Shown in pieces: positions 38,001 through 49,770 of a DNA stretch of 64,000 nt; the first letter of the stretch is position 1; each line of letters opens with the position of its first letter. Under the pieces are notes generated by a model. The model was given only the letters and a program-made list of their open reading frames with translations, was not told where the DNA came from and did not search any database. Origin of the DNA: Raillietiella orientalis (lineage: Eukaryota); the NCBI GenBank assembly GCA_036172245.1, contig JAYWIR010000009.1, forward strand, positions 620,001 to 684,000, written 5' to 3'. The position numbers were made by a program, and so were the translations under genes.

Positions 38001-39914
38001 TAGGTTCTCGTGAGTTGGCAGCACCACTGCTGCTTCCGAAGGAGTTGCTGGTCTGTGTGCTAGAGGAGCTCAAGGTCCGCTGTAATTGGCTGCCTTTTTT
38101 AGTACTTTTTCTTTCAACGCTGACAGCAGGGCTGCATGTCGAGTTGTGGTTCATAAAAGATTCCAAAATATGTGGGAAGTCTTTGGCCATTGCGGTTCAA
38201 AATGGTGCGTCCTTCTATAGGATATTTCGGGTGCTCGAAGGTGTTCTCGCTGATGGCTCTCTGGAAAGAAGGACAAGTGGGGTGGGTGTACACTTGCCAC
38301 TGGGAAAGCCAGCAAGTGGCCCTGAAGAGTACTAGCAGAGGAGCAGCAATACTTGGAACCAGTTCGTAGGGAGGTTCATCCAAGCCTTGTGGAATTGCGG
38401 GTGGGTCAGTGGAGGAGGTTGGGGGCTTCGGCTTGCTTTCGAAACGTTCGCTTGGAGGAGGGATGCGACTCAGCAAGTCTGGACGGGGCCACGCTTCACC
38501 TCCAGGTTTGTTTTTTTTCTGGGAAGTTTTCAGCCTTCCAGGTCATCGGTCTGACAATTCTGTGCATCTTCTGGGAAAGGCACAAGCTCGAAACTCTTGA
38601 GAAGTTTCGCGGTCTCTCGCCTCTTCGCATCGTTTTACGGGCCGTTGTTGCGGCAGGTAGCCGGGCGGGGCTTATGAGGAAGAGCCATCACTCAATCCTC
38701 GGAAACCAATGACGAAGGGCTTGGAGTCTGCTCTTCTCACGTTTGTGGAGGGATCCCCGAAGGGAATCTGCTTCCTTTATTCTCTACGGAGCGACTCCTG
38801 GACGGGTCCCTTCCATTGTTTCTTTTCCGAAGGGAACCCGCGAGGGAACAGCACCTGTTTACCCTTCTGGAGAGAACTCCTAAGGGACGCTTCCAAAATG
38901 AGGATTTACTCCCTTTCGTTTGGGGTGGAAGCTTCTGCACAGCACAACCGCACGACCGTCGATTCCACCTGCTTAATTGGATATGTCTTCCTAGAAATAC
39001 GGAAGTTGGGCCGCGCAGGTTCCCTCCAGCGTTGATGATGCTTCAGGAAGATCCGATTCTTGATGACATCACTCCGCTGTGCTGTTTCCTGTTTCCAAGC
39101 GATGGATCGAAGTTCCGCAGGAAGGTCCACAAGGCTGACGCGTCTGAGGTGCTGTCCCACCCCATTTCGGAGTAGGACGCCCAGAGGACGGAGTCTGGGA
39201 TGGTCTTCTTTGCGCTCCCGCTTTCTCTTGGAATGGTCGGTTTCCCTAAGACTCATTCCCAAGCGGGGCAGCCGGAGATGTGGTTTCAGCAGCTACGGGC
39301 AGCATACGCAGACGGAGACCACAGCAGTGATCTCCGCGTGCACATCTTCTTTGTAAAGGTTACCTCTGCCTCTGGATCTACTTCGCAGTTTACAGGTCGT
39401 TCTTTTCCTGCCACGAAGGTTTCTTCCAATGGCTCCCCCAGGACTTCTTCCCCATCTTATCCAAACTGGTGCTTCCTCAGGAGCTCTACCTGCCAGTGCA
39501 CCCAGCACTAGGCATGCGAGCTGGTCGTCGCTTCCTCGTGCTCAAAGGGCCGGAAGTGAGCAGCAACAGCATCCTCCACTACCCTCGCGTGGCTTATGAG
39601 CACTCCCTGCTGCTAGGTTCCTCGTCTCGCGCGTAGTCCAGCTGATTGCGACGGGTGCACACGAACCCTGGAGTCCATTTTCAGGAGCTCCCAAGGCTCG
39701 CAGAGCTCCTAACTTCACCGATTCCGCCGCTGGCGCGCATCACGTGCGAGCTGGATGACCGGTCCACACACCGTCATCCTCGCTCTGGCCAACTCAATGG
39801 GCAACCGAAATCGCCTGCAAGGAACTGTTCTGCTATGCTCTGCGTCTTTGGGCTTCGCGAATCGAGATTGTTTACCTGGTCACGCCAAGGGGATTCTTGT
39901 ACAACCCAATACAT

Positions 39915-41192
39915 CAAAAAAGTGTCAGGATTCAAATAAAGAAAATAACGGTCTTCCTCCTTCGGTACAAGGCCAAAGGGCATTCCTGTTCGTAAGAATC
40001 TCGACCAGAGGGTTTCTCACAGGGCAAACGCAGGCGAAAAGAGAAACAGCGAAAGAGAAGCAGCAGCCTGAAGCGTTGCTTTTCAAACAGATTAGGGAAA
40101 CGAGGTAAGCGGCCTCGACCACCTCCCTGGCGCCCTCGGCATCCTGTCCAGGATGCAGGCAGGTCCCTCCCCGTGACGTTCGAGGTGCAGCCATCTCGCA
40201 GGGGGGGACCGGCTACCCCCTCCGACTGGCCGGGGATGGAAGCGACCTCCCGGGACCCTTGCGGGAATCGTCGGGACGGACGGTCCTTCTAGGGGTCAAG
40301 GACGCTCCAGGAAGGGGAAGGTGGTTCTCCCGGTTCGCTCGCAGTTCGAAGCCTCACCTCCGCCTGCTCCAGAGGATCCGCGCAACGTGCGCTGACGCGG
40401 GGCGGCTATACCGTCGTTCCATCCGCAACCTGGGAACAACAGTCTCCCTGGAGGAAGAGGGAAGGGATCGGAAGAAGCGGACCCGAGCCACCGCCGAGCT
40501 GTTCTCCCTGCGGGAGGGGGAACTGCAGCTGCCGGCGGCAGGAGCGACGAAGCTAGCCAGCCGACGGCAGGCGGACACCCGGCGCTCGCGCTCAAGGACC
40601 TCTCCGTTGACCAGGAATAGCGGGACGCTCTTCTGTCCGGCACTGCTGACCTGGACAGCTCCGACAGTCTTTCCACCCTCAGGTGGCAGCACGAAGAAGG
40701 GTGCTGCACGCCGTCGGTCGCGCCGGGGCACCCGGGCGACCCGCATCGGCATCGCCGGACGAGGAGGAGGACTCCCGGGAGGACGTCTCCCGGAACTGCG
40801 TCGGCTGGCTGTGGGTAGCTGGGAAACTCCCCCACGCACCTGCCGCCGGGATGCGGCAACCTCCGGAGCTCGTGGAAACGCCTCGCTGCAGCCTCGCATT
40901 GCACTCAGGAGACACTGCGGAAGGGCTGCTGAACGCGGGACGGTCTTTCGCCCGTTCCCCGGATTGTCCGATCCTGCGTTGCGTCTGGACGAGGACCGTG
41001 GCGTTCCGGGATGGTGACGAGTTGCGTAGCAGGGAAGAAGGACCACGCGCAGCAACTCCGCGGACTTTCGCGATAAACGCTGGAGAAGGCCTCCCTGACG
41101 ATGGAGTCGAGGAGAGCGCCGCCTTCATCTCGCGCAGGTCTCAGAAGTCGCGGAGGCTGCGATCGATGACCCTTCTCCCTTCTTCTCTTTTT
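39915..41192 (+). repeat. 1.28-kb repeat, copy A (inverted partner 59158-60434); internally deleted non-LTR derivative
   Basis: ORF translations are mirrored almost exactly on the opposite strand at 58909-60424. Contains the ORF1-start motif (40139) and a degenerate CCHC terminus (HCGRAAERGTVF...DCPILRCVW). Confidence 0.95.
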
Positions 41193-41859
41193 GTTCATTT
41201 ATTGCTCCCTTCCCTAGACCCTCCCTGACCCTCTGTGTAGCCAGTCTGTGGGTCGGTGCTTTTTCTTTTGTTTTCTTCCTCCTTTCCGAAATTGCTGAAC
41301 GGTGTAGTGGATCCACGGATCTACGTGCTCATTTTTGGAAAATGAACGCTCCGGTTTAACCATGGTGGACATGGTGTCTGCGCGCGTTGCTTGGGACCTC
41401 TCAGTGCAACCGTTGCAGCGCGGGGTCGTACCACTCCCCGAAAACGCCGCATGGATCTCGAGGCTTTCCAGGGAGATTCCGAGACGTTCCGTCCAGCGGG
41501 GAAGTCCTCTAGGGTGCGCAGCGAAGGTAGGGGCGTCGGCAAGTGGACGCGCGAATTGGGAGCAAATTCATTCGATCAGTGTGCACAAACCGGCATTCCG
41601 CAAGTGTTTTGTGCTTTTTATTTTTTTTAATGCTTTTTTGTGCCGTCTGTGCACAACACCGTCACTACCACTGTCCTTTGGCCTGAGGGTTATTCACGTC
41701 TGACTCTTCCTGAATTGCCCATATTTTTGTTCGTCATGTTGATGACGGATGGCGGTTTCGTGCATTTTTAAGATTGGAGAGAGTGAAAAGAGTTTTGGTG
41801 GACGTGGATGGAAATGCCGTCACGTCTGCATTTCCACGTGCTTCTGCACTTCCACGTTC

Positions 41860-42509
41860 CACTGGACCTCAGGGAGTGTGGATGCCCACTGTGCAGAGTG
41901 CGGGGAAAGGGAGACCTTCCCCCACTTAATTATCGAGTGTGTTGCCCTCCGTCAGATGTGGGATCGACTCTCGTCGGCCCTAAACGTTCCGGTGAGCAAC
42001 CCGAAAAACATTTTTCGACGCCTCCTTACGCGGGACGTTAAGCCAGCCGTCGAGTGTGTAGCAGTGGTCTGCTGCATACGCGGGATCTTGGAGAAGTGGA
42101 CCGCAACCAGGAGAGGACGAAGAAGTCAGAATGCCATCCACTGGGCAGCCATCTCCTTGGAGAAGGCTTCCCGTTGGCGCCGACTTAGAAAACATTTGCC
42201 GGCACTTGTTCGCATCCAAACCCGGATGCAGAGGCCTCCCCGCGGCGTACCGTGATCCCTTCCCTTCCCTCCCCTCCCAAAAACACTGTTCCCCCAAGCG
42301 TCTCTCTTTTTTTTTTTTTTTCGATTTTTCCCGCCCCTGCTCCAGTGAAGAGGACCTCATCGGCCTAAGGGTCGGTAAGGATAAGTGCTGCAAGACTTTC
42401 AGAACTCTGTCTGTTTACACAAAAAACAAAAAACTCCAATGATTTTGTAAAGACAGGACTTTATTATGGAATTTTTATTTCTGAGAAAATTTTAATAATA
42501 AAAGTCCTG
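41860..42509 (+). mobile_element. ORF2 C-terminus (CCHC finger) and 3' UTR with terminal stem-loop of a Tx1/L1-like element
   Basis: HCAECGERETFPHLIIECVALRQMW is open to the stop at 42255. Pyrimidine/T tract follows, then hairpin 42454-42509 containing AATAAA. Confidence 0.8.
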
Positions 42510-45500
42510 GCTTATCCGGGTGAAAATCCACGTGCTTCTGCCCCCGCCTGTGAGGTAGCAGGATGTGATTTCACTCTTTTCCCCAAGTCCCACAAGGGGT
42601 GGGGTGAATTTGTTCTCTTTGATCATTTACTCTAGGTATGCATGCATTCGTTTTCTCTAATTATTTCACTTATGTCTCTTGGGATTAGCAGGATGTGATT
42701 TCACCTTGCATTTGCGTGGTGAATGAGTAGCCGGCTGTTCCCGTAGGTGCTCTTATGCCAAGTCAACCTGCCGCAGGTGAGGAGACTCCCAACATCGCTC
42801 CAAGCGTTCCCGTTTCCACTTTCAAAAAGCAGTTTAATATACTGGTCACCAGATGGGTGGCGAGTCAGGTATTAAAGGTCCATTTCGAAATTGTCAGGTA
42901 ATTCAGCTTGATGGAAATCCTTCTGGGTTTCGCCTCGAGTTTTTTTTTTTTTAGGGGGGGGGGAGGGTCTAAAAAAGTACTGTCGTTTAAGAATCCTTCG
43001 CCTTCGAAGGATCCCACGTGGGGAATGATCGACGCCGAGAAATGGGTGCTGTCGGGGGTTTCGAGTCTCATCCGAAGGATGACACTGGTTGGCCTGTAGG
43101 ATTCGGATGCTCCTGTTGACTGGCCGGGATTGGAGGTGACCTCCTCCTGCAGGGACCTTCCGGGAATCCAGGATCTGGTTCCCTTTGGGGTTTCCCTCGA
43201 TTCTGAAAACGGAGCCGTCTCTCCCTCTTAGGGGTGGATCCTCGCCTATGATACTGTCCGTGCGCAAGGCTGGTGGATCCTCCATCTCGTACCAGGCAGC
43301 TGGACCCCTTCAGAGTGTGAAGAATCGCGCTGCTCCCTTCCGGGAGCGACGCTTCAGAGAAAATTTGGAAGCTCCCACGTAGGGATTCTCTTCAGAGGAG
43401 GAAACAGGGAGCGGTTCCCTCGCGGGTTCCTTCCGGAGAAGAAATCAGGAGCGGATACTTTCCGGGCTCCCTTCGGAGGTAACGGAGGAGGGTTCCTTCC
43501 CCAGAGTCAGGGAGGATCGGACTCCATCGGCGGAGCCTGCAGAGGAAAATCCGGTTGACAGCTGTGCCGTAAATTGAGCGGCGACGAATGCAAGACGGAC
43601 GATGCTTTTGACGTCTTCATGGTCGCCCACAGGTCTCGGATGCGGCACTTGGCGTGCTCCCCCTCTTTCGCCGCAGTCCCGTCCTTTTGTGCGACAAAAG
43701 CAGCAGCACCGAACTCTGATTCTCAACCCGTTTCGCTAAGCCGCTCCTCTTAAGCGACCACCACCACACTGCACTCGAGTTTGGCAGAAGCGGGGAAGCC
43801 GAAGTTCCATCAAGCCGATGGGACTTCTACTAGAACAAGCGACAGGATAGACGAAGCACAGGTACGAAAGCGTTGCTTCTCGGTTCTGAGACATCACGAC
43901 CTTTGCATCATTACTCCATCGCGACCATCGCTCCTCGCAGCTGTCGCTTGCTCGCAACGTGGGGACTTCCGCCCTGATGTCGCGCACGTTCTCTTGGGGC
44001 ACACTCCTTCCGCATATTACGACTTTCCAGAAAGCTGGATGCCCCGCCCATCCATCTTACGATGAAGTCGTGGACGACTCGAAATCCACGTGCTTCTGCA
44101 GTTGTTGCTTCAGAGTCTGCGTTACTTCTTGCATGGTCACCACTTGCGTTCTAGGCTGGGGAGCAGAATAGAGACCATCTCTTGCAGCCTTCCGACAGTC
44201 TGGCAAGCGAGACCTCGCTTGCCAGAATGCTCCGTTCAGCGAGCCACGAGAGCGCACCAACACGAAGTGTCTGGCAATTTCCAGACCACCGCATCGCTTT
44301 CTACGCTATTTTAAGCCTTGGGAAGAACCAGAAAGAGGTGGAGAATGAGGAGACGCACTCTGGATGCAAAGAAACCGGATCTGAGAACCGTGAACCCGGG
44401 AGGAATTCATCCGCGGAACGTTTCCAAGAGTCCTTGCTAATTTCAGCATTTCCACTGCCTTCCTGTTTACAGCAAGTTCATGTCCTTTCCTATGTCGTTT
44501 CACCGTCCTTCCTCCGAGCAATCTCACATCAGTTCGGCTCAGTCCGCGTCCGAGAATTCCCGCGAGTCGACATCATCGCGTTGTCGCCGCTCGTGCGGAA
44601 CTCGAGGTCGCTGCAAGAGCACTGCTTGTCCACCGACGTAACACAAGCTGCTTCTGCCTCTACAGCTACCTCTCGTCAGTTATCCATTGTGAGCGGTCAT
44701 TCTGATCCTGATGCTCCTCCTGCAGCGTTGGGAACGAATCTTGAGGTTTCGCTTGTCTTCTTCCTCTTTGGCTGGAAAGATTCGAGACAGAGCCTCTGCT
44801 TTGACCGGAAATGATGCAGACGATTACGCCCTTCTTCCTTGAGGTGCTCAGTAAACACACCCCTCGAGGTTCGAGCCCTGCTGAAGATTCCGCCATTTGT
44901 GTGCCAAATCTTCTTTCTTCGGGGAGTTTCAGAGTTTGGCCGGTCCTAAAGTTGTTAGTGTTTCTTTTTTTTTAACGCTAGTAGCAAGCTTACGGGGAGA
45001 TCGTTGCCACTGGCCTCAGATGATGAAACTCCTTCTAGGTTCTTCTGTCTTCGCTGCTTTCCTTCCAGAATCTGTTTTTTTCTCCTTCTTCTTCTTCTTT
45101 CCGTCGGGGGACCTCTGGCGACTCCACTACGTAGGTCTTCTCTCGAGGCCTTGGAAAGTGTCGATAGATGTTCCGTTCCTGTTGTATAGGATTCCGCTCA
45201 TCCTTCGGCAGCGTCCGTCAATAGTCAACTAGGATACTCGGTCCTGGAAAAACATGGAATCCACGGAATCGATGACAACCGAAGATCTCCTAGCGCGTGC
45301 ACCACTCGATGTGCTTGAGAAATTTTGCAGCATCTTTTCTTCCTGCAGATTCTCCCGCGCACTGCCACGCTGCATTCTGCGATGCAGGTAGCGGCGCCGT
45401 AGAGAACCCGGCAAGGTGGTCAGAATGCGCGCGCCCGCAGCCGCATCGCGGGCTTCTCCTCCAGAAGGGGAAGCTGGTCGCGGCGTGCAAGAAACCAGAA

Positions 45501-45859
45501 ACAGGGAACGAAGGAGGCGTTCCCCCGTCCCTACACTACGGCCATCCGGCTCGACCCAGGATCACATCGATGGAGTTGAGAGTGCAGGAACCACCGGGAT
45601 GAGTGGAGGTCCCCATGGCATTTTTAGTTTCCAAACACATATGAGGAAAGTCCTCCTCGTCGGGATCGAGATGCTGGGGCCTGAAGTTTTTTTTTTTTTT
45701 TTTTTGTCAAGGGCTTTCAGACGTGGAAAGCTGTGAATTTCCAGAAGGCGCAGCTGTGTTCCCATTTCTTTCGATCAGGAAATCGGAAAGCGCGCGAACA
45801 TTTGCGCGGTCGCAAGAGCGAAGTTCTGCAAAAGCGATTTGTTTTATTGCTCAAGCAGG

Positions 45860-46080
45860 GAAAAATATTAGCGTTAATGACTCTAATGGTTTGAGGGAAC
45901 CTGCTAAATCTACCTCTGTGTGCCCCTGTGGCCTCTTGACAGTTGAACAGTTGTTGTTTGGCTGTCGATCTTCGAGGAGTCCCAAGAGGACTATTGCTTC
46001 TAATGTTCCAAGAGATCGCGGTGCTTCGCACGAGTCCAAGAAAAAAGAAGAACTGGCAGCCATCATGGTTCGAAGTTTTC
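45860..46080 (+). mobile_element. Decayed APE endonuclease N-terminus of a non-LTR element
   Basis: KNISVNDSNGLREPAK resembles the I.S.N.NGLR..K start of APE domains; downstream LAAIMV resembles VAIL. Confidence 0.35.
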
Positions 46081-49000
46081 TCCCATCCGTGCACGTCTCT
46101 TTGGTTACCAGAGGAAGTCGACCCGCAACTTCAGAAGAGGACCCAGAATGTCAGAAAGTAGGGGCAAGGAGCCCGACCACATTTTAAGCTCGCGGGAGTT
46201 GTTGCGACGGAGGTGTTCCCACCACTCGTTGCCAGGGGAAACAAGAACCCCAAGTACGGATGCACATTTGGGATGTTTCTCGCCTTGCCGCACGGGATGG
46301 CTTTCGGCTTCTGGCACCCCTGTGGTTTCGCGGCCTGCCTATTGGAACGGAAGTTCGCACTGCAGGAATTCGCTCCTCGCGGTGCTACCTGGCAGGGGTG
46401 CTGCCTATCCTTGTCAAGGGAAGTGCTAACCCTTCCCTCCTTTTCTACGACACGAGGGATTTTCTACGGCATGAACACGTGCAATCAGCATTATCCGCAA
46501 AGCTGTGACAAGCCTTCAGGGGAGTTCCAGGGTTCCGTTCACGCGAGCTCGGTTTTCCACTCGGTTTTGCCAGAACATTTCTTATTCAAAAATTATGGAG
46601 GTTCAATTAATGTCCTGCTGTGGTGCAACACTTGTTTGCGCCACGTGCTTGCGACTTTCCGTGACCGGTACGTAGACCGGCGAGGTCCGTTTCCACAGAG
46701 ACGGAGAAGGGAGAACCGGAAAAGTTTTGTTGAAAAGACAAACAGACAAAAAGGAAAAGCAAGAGGGAAAAGTTTTACTGCAAGTTGGAGAAGGGGAGGG
46801 AGATCGCACTTCCGCTGAGAGACGTCCTCTGCATCCTGTCCAGGATGCTGACAAGTTCTGTCCAAAGGGGCCTGTCCAGGAGGCGATCCCAATGAACGAA
46901 GTCTCTGGAGAGAATAAAAGCAGATATTTTGGACTAGTCACGTCTTCTTGTAGAGATTCAGTTTGGACAATTCGGTTCACTCTACAGTTCACCGCCATTT
47001 TGGCATCGCGCAGAATGTTTCCGAAATAACGTACGAGGGCAGATCACTCTAGCGGACAGTCCGCTCGTAGCTGCACGGTTGCCCGGGGCTGGCACGTGGC
47101 TCGTCCACGTGGCCGAGCGCCCCTACCGCCGGTGCGCGCTCCACTCCACCTATCTTCATGAGCTCCGAAAGAGTTCCCGACCAAAACAGAAGCCGTTCGG
47201 AAAAAAAGACTCCCAGATCCCTCTCAGCGGGACGAACGCGCCCTGCGAACATACCACGTTTTTGTTTTGCTTGTAAAGGAAACGATGATTTTTCGTGGTG
47301 AAAGCGAGAACGCGCGGGCGGGAATGAAAGTACCGAGAATGGAATGCGGAAGAACCTCGCCTCGGAGAGCGCCAAATGAGGAGGGAGAGACGAGGAGGGA
47401 TGCTGGAGCGCCCCCGTGTCACATGCATATTTTTCTCACCGCGACGAAGATCTGGTGAGGAAACACGCTTTTGTTTGTCACGTACTGAATTTCCCTTGGA
47501 CGAAAATCTTTCCGCCCAATCGACATTCGTCGCACCCAACTGCGTTTCCCATGACAGCCATCCTCTCCTCTTAAGAACGTCATAACCTTGCCACCGTTGG
47601 ATAACTCTGTACGCAATTGGATTCACTGTTGTAGTAATCCGAGGAGTCGATCTGGGAGAACTCCCTTCAGGTAAAATTTTATCCTGAAGCTTTGGTTCCC
47701 TTTTTTTTTTTTCTCTCTCTCTCCCGTACCCATTTACGTATCCCGGAAAGGAGACCACGGTTGCCAGGGCGATGCCGGTGGTGTTTCGAATGGTCGGAAA
47801 TAGGGACCGAACTTGCCTGACCGAACGGTTGACGCGAGCGGGTTGCACATGGTGGATCGCGCGGCAGTCGTGCCTTCCGCCACCATGGGACTCCGGCCGA
47901 GGGCGGTTTCTCACGCCGCCACTGGAAGCGGAAACCTCGGTGGCGCGTCCGGGCTGAGGGCGGGCCAAACGTCCGGTGCTCCCGCGCGAAGCACGAAGTG
48001 ATGCCCACAGATCCTTGCGCAGGGAGTGGTGGATTTTGCCTGCCTTCCGCACGGGAGGCTGCTGTCGGGCTGCCAGGAATGCATCACCGGCAGCGCACGC
48101 TGTTGCCCTCGTTGCCGCCTCAAGAGGCGATGGCGGGGGACTTTGGGAGGACGGCCTCCGCTGAATTCCCTCCCCGTTGATGCCCCACCCCTTCCCCTGC
48201 CGGACAGACGCTGACGTTCCAGATCGATGCGCCGGCAGCTCGTGCCACAGGGATGGTCCGTCGCTCGGGGGCGCGTGCACACGGTAAACCCCCGTTCGCT
48301 GCGGGCACACACCTCCTTGGTGCGTTTCGGTGCTCTTCCTCCGAAGTGGCTCGAAAACAGGTGAGGAAGAGCACACGAGCAGAAAAGAAAGGAGGATACC
48401 TGCACACCGCGAGCCAATCTTCTGGGTTTTTCCGGGAGTCCCAGAAAGCGCACGTAAGCGTCGCTCGGAACGGCAACAACAAAAAAAAAAACCATGGCAG
48501 CGTGCTCGGAGTTTCTGCTTGAGTAATGGAGAAGCAGCTTCCTGGATGGTGGTCACTCCCGATCATGTGCTTCGTCTCCAGAAAGCCTGCCTCAGAGATG
48601 CTAGCCGTATGCGATTCGCTTCCTGGCGCAGGCCAACCGAAGGGCAGCCATTGCGAAGACGCCTTCCGCCTCCCTCTCCAGGGCCCTCTACGAAGCCACG
48701 TTTCACTTCTCAACACACGGATGCTGATAGCAGACTCCGTCGTTTCAGATCCGGAGAGAAAGGAGCACTAGGAGAAGAACAATGCATCTGTTCGTGCTGA
48801 CATTTCTTTTGGGGCGGTGTCTGGCTTCGCTCTTCGACGGAGGAAGGTAAGACGAGCTCGCGATCGCGGTCCAAGCCTGCTGCGAGCGAGCCCCACGTCA
48901 TGCAAACGAGTCAGATCTCCTCCTCCTCTTCCTCCTCCTTCTCTTCTTCTTCCTTTTCCTCCTCCTCCTTCCTTATCCGCTTCCGGTGAGGGGAATTTCA

Positions 49001-49770
49001 CCGTCGTATGCGGTGGTGACGGCCGCTGAAGGAACGGAGTGGCGGAGTCTCACTTTCCCGCTGCCCGTCGGAAATCGACACTCCCTGTCCTGCAATTCCC
49101 GGTTGTTTGGGGTTCCCCGGATCTGCGCGCGTCGCGACGCTCAGCCGAAATTTTTCCTGCTGGAGACCAGAAAAAGATACCTTCCGTGCGGAGTGTTCGT
49201 TTGCCTTGCAGCTGAGGTTCTGTTCGCAGCTCACTCGCCCCTTCCGCGTGCGCGGGTCGCAAAAGGAGGGAAGGGGGGTAGGGGAAGTGTGCCTAGCGGA
49301 CGGGATGCTCCGATCTTACGCAGATTTCCTCCCCGCTGTTGTTTCTGTTCCTTGGCGCTCCCCATCTCCGTCTTCGTGTTTCCAGTGAATCTTCTGTTGG
49401 ATTGTATTCTTCTCACTTCACTCTTCTTTGGCTGCCGTTTGTCCAGAGGCAACTGTGAGCAGTTCCCCTCTTTCCGCCCCACTCCATCCCCAAAAGTCAA
49501 AACTCATCCTGCTCGTGGCAGCGGACGATCTCTCACGGCAGCATCCTTCCTCTCCACTGTATTCGTTGCACGTGGGAACGGGCAAGGTGGTCTTCCGGAG
49601 CAAAATCTCTGGTGGCAACGCGTGCGCATATTCGGCTGGACCCTTTGCTATGGAAACAGTCCCTCCCTATGTGCTTTCCTCCCGTTGTAGTAGCATCTCC
49701 GAAGTGGAAATTGCGGACGCATCCCGGAGGCTCGAGAAAATGGGTCCAGCAGACTTGGGTGCTTTCCCAG

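Noticed and set aside
47156..48556. 466-aa minus-strand ORF, and similar long ORFs such as 32804-33877 and 34754-35737
   Set aside because: R/S/P/G-rich, no motifs, runs through poly-A/T tracts; expected by chance in GC-rich repeat debris.
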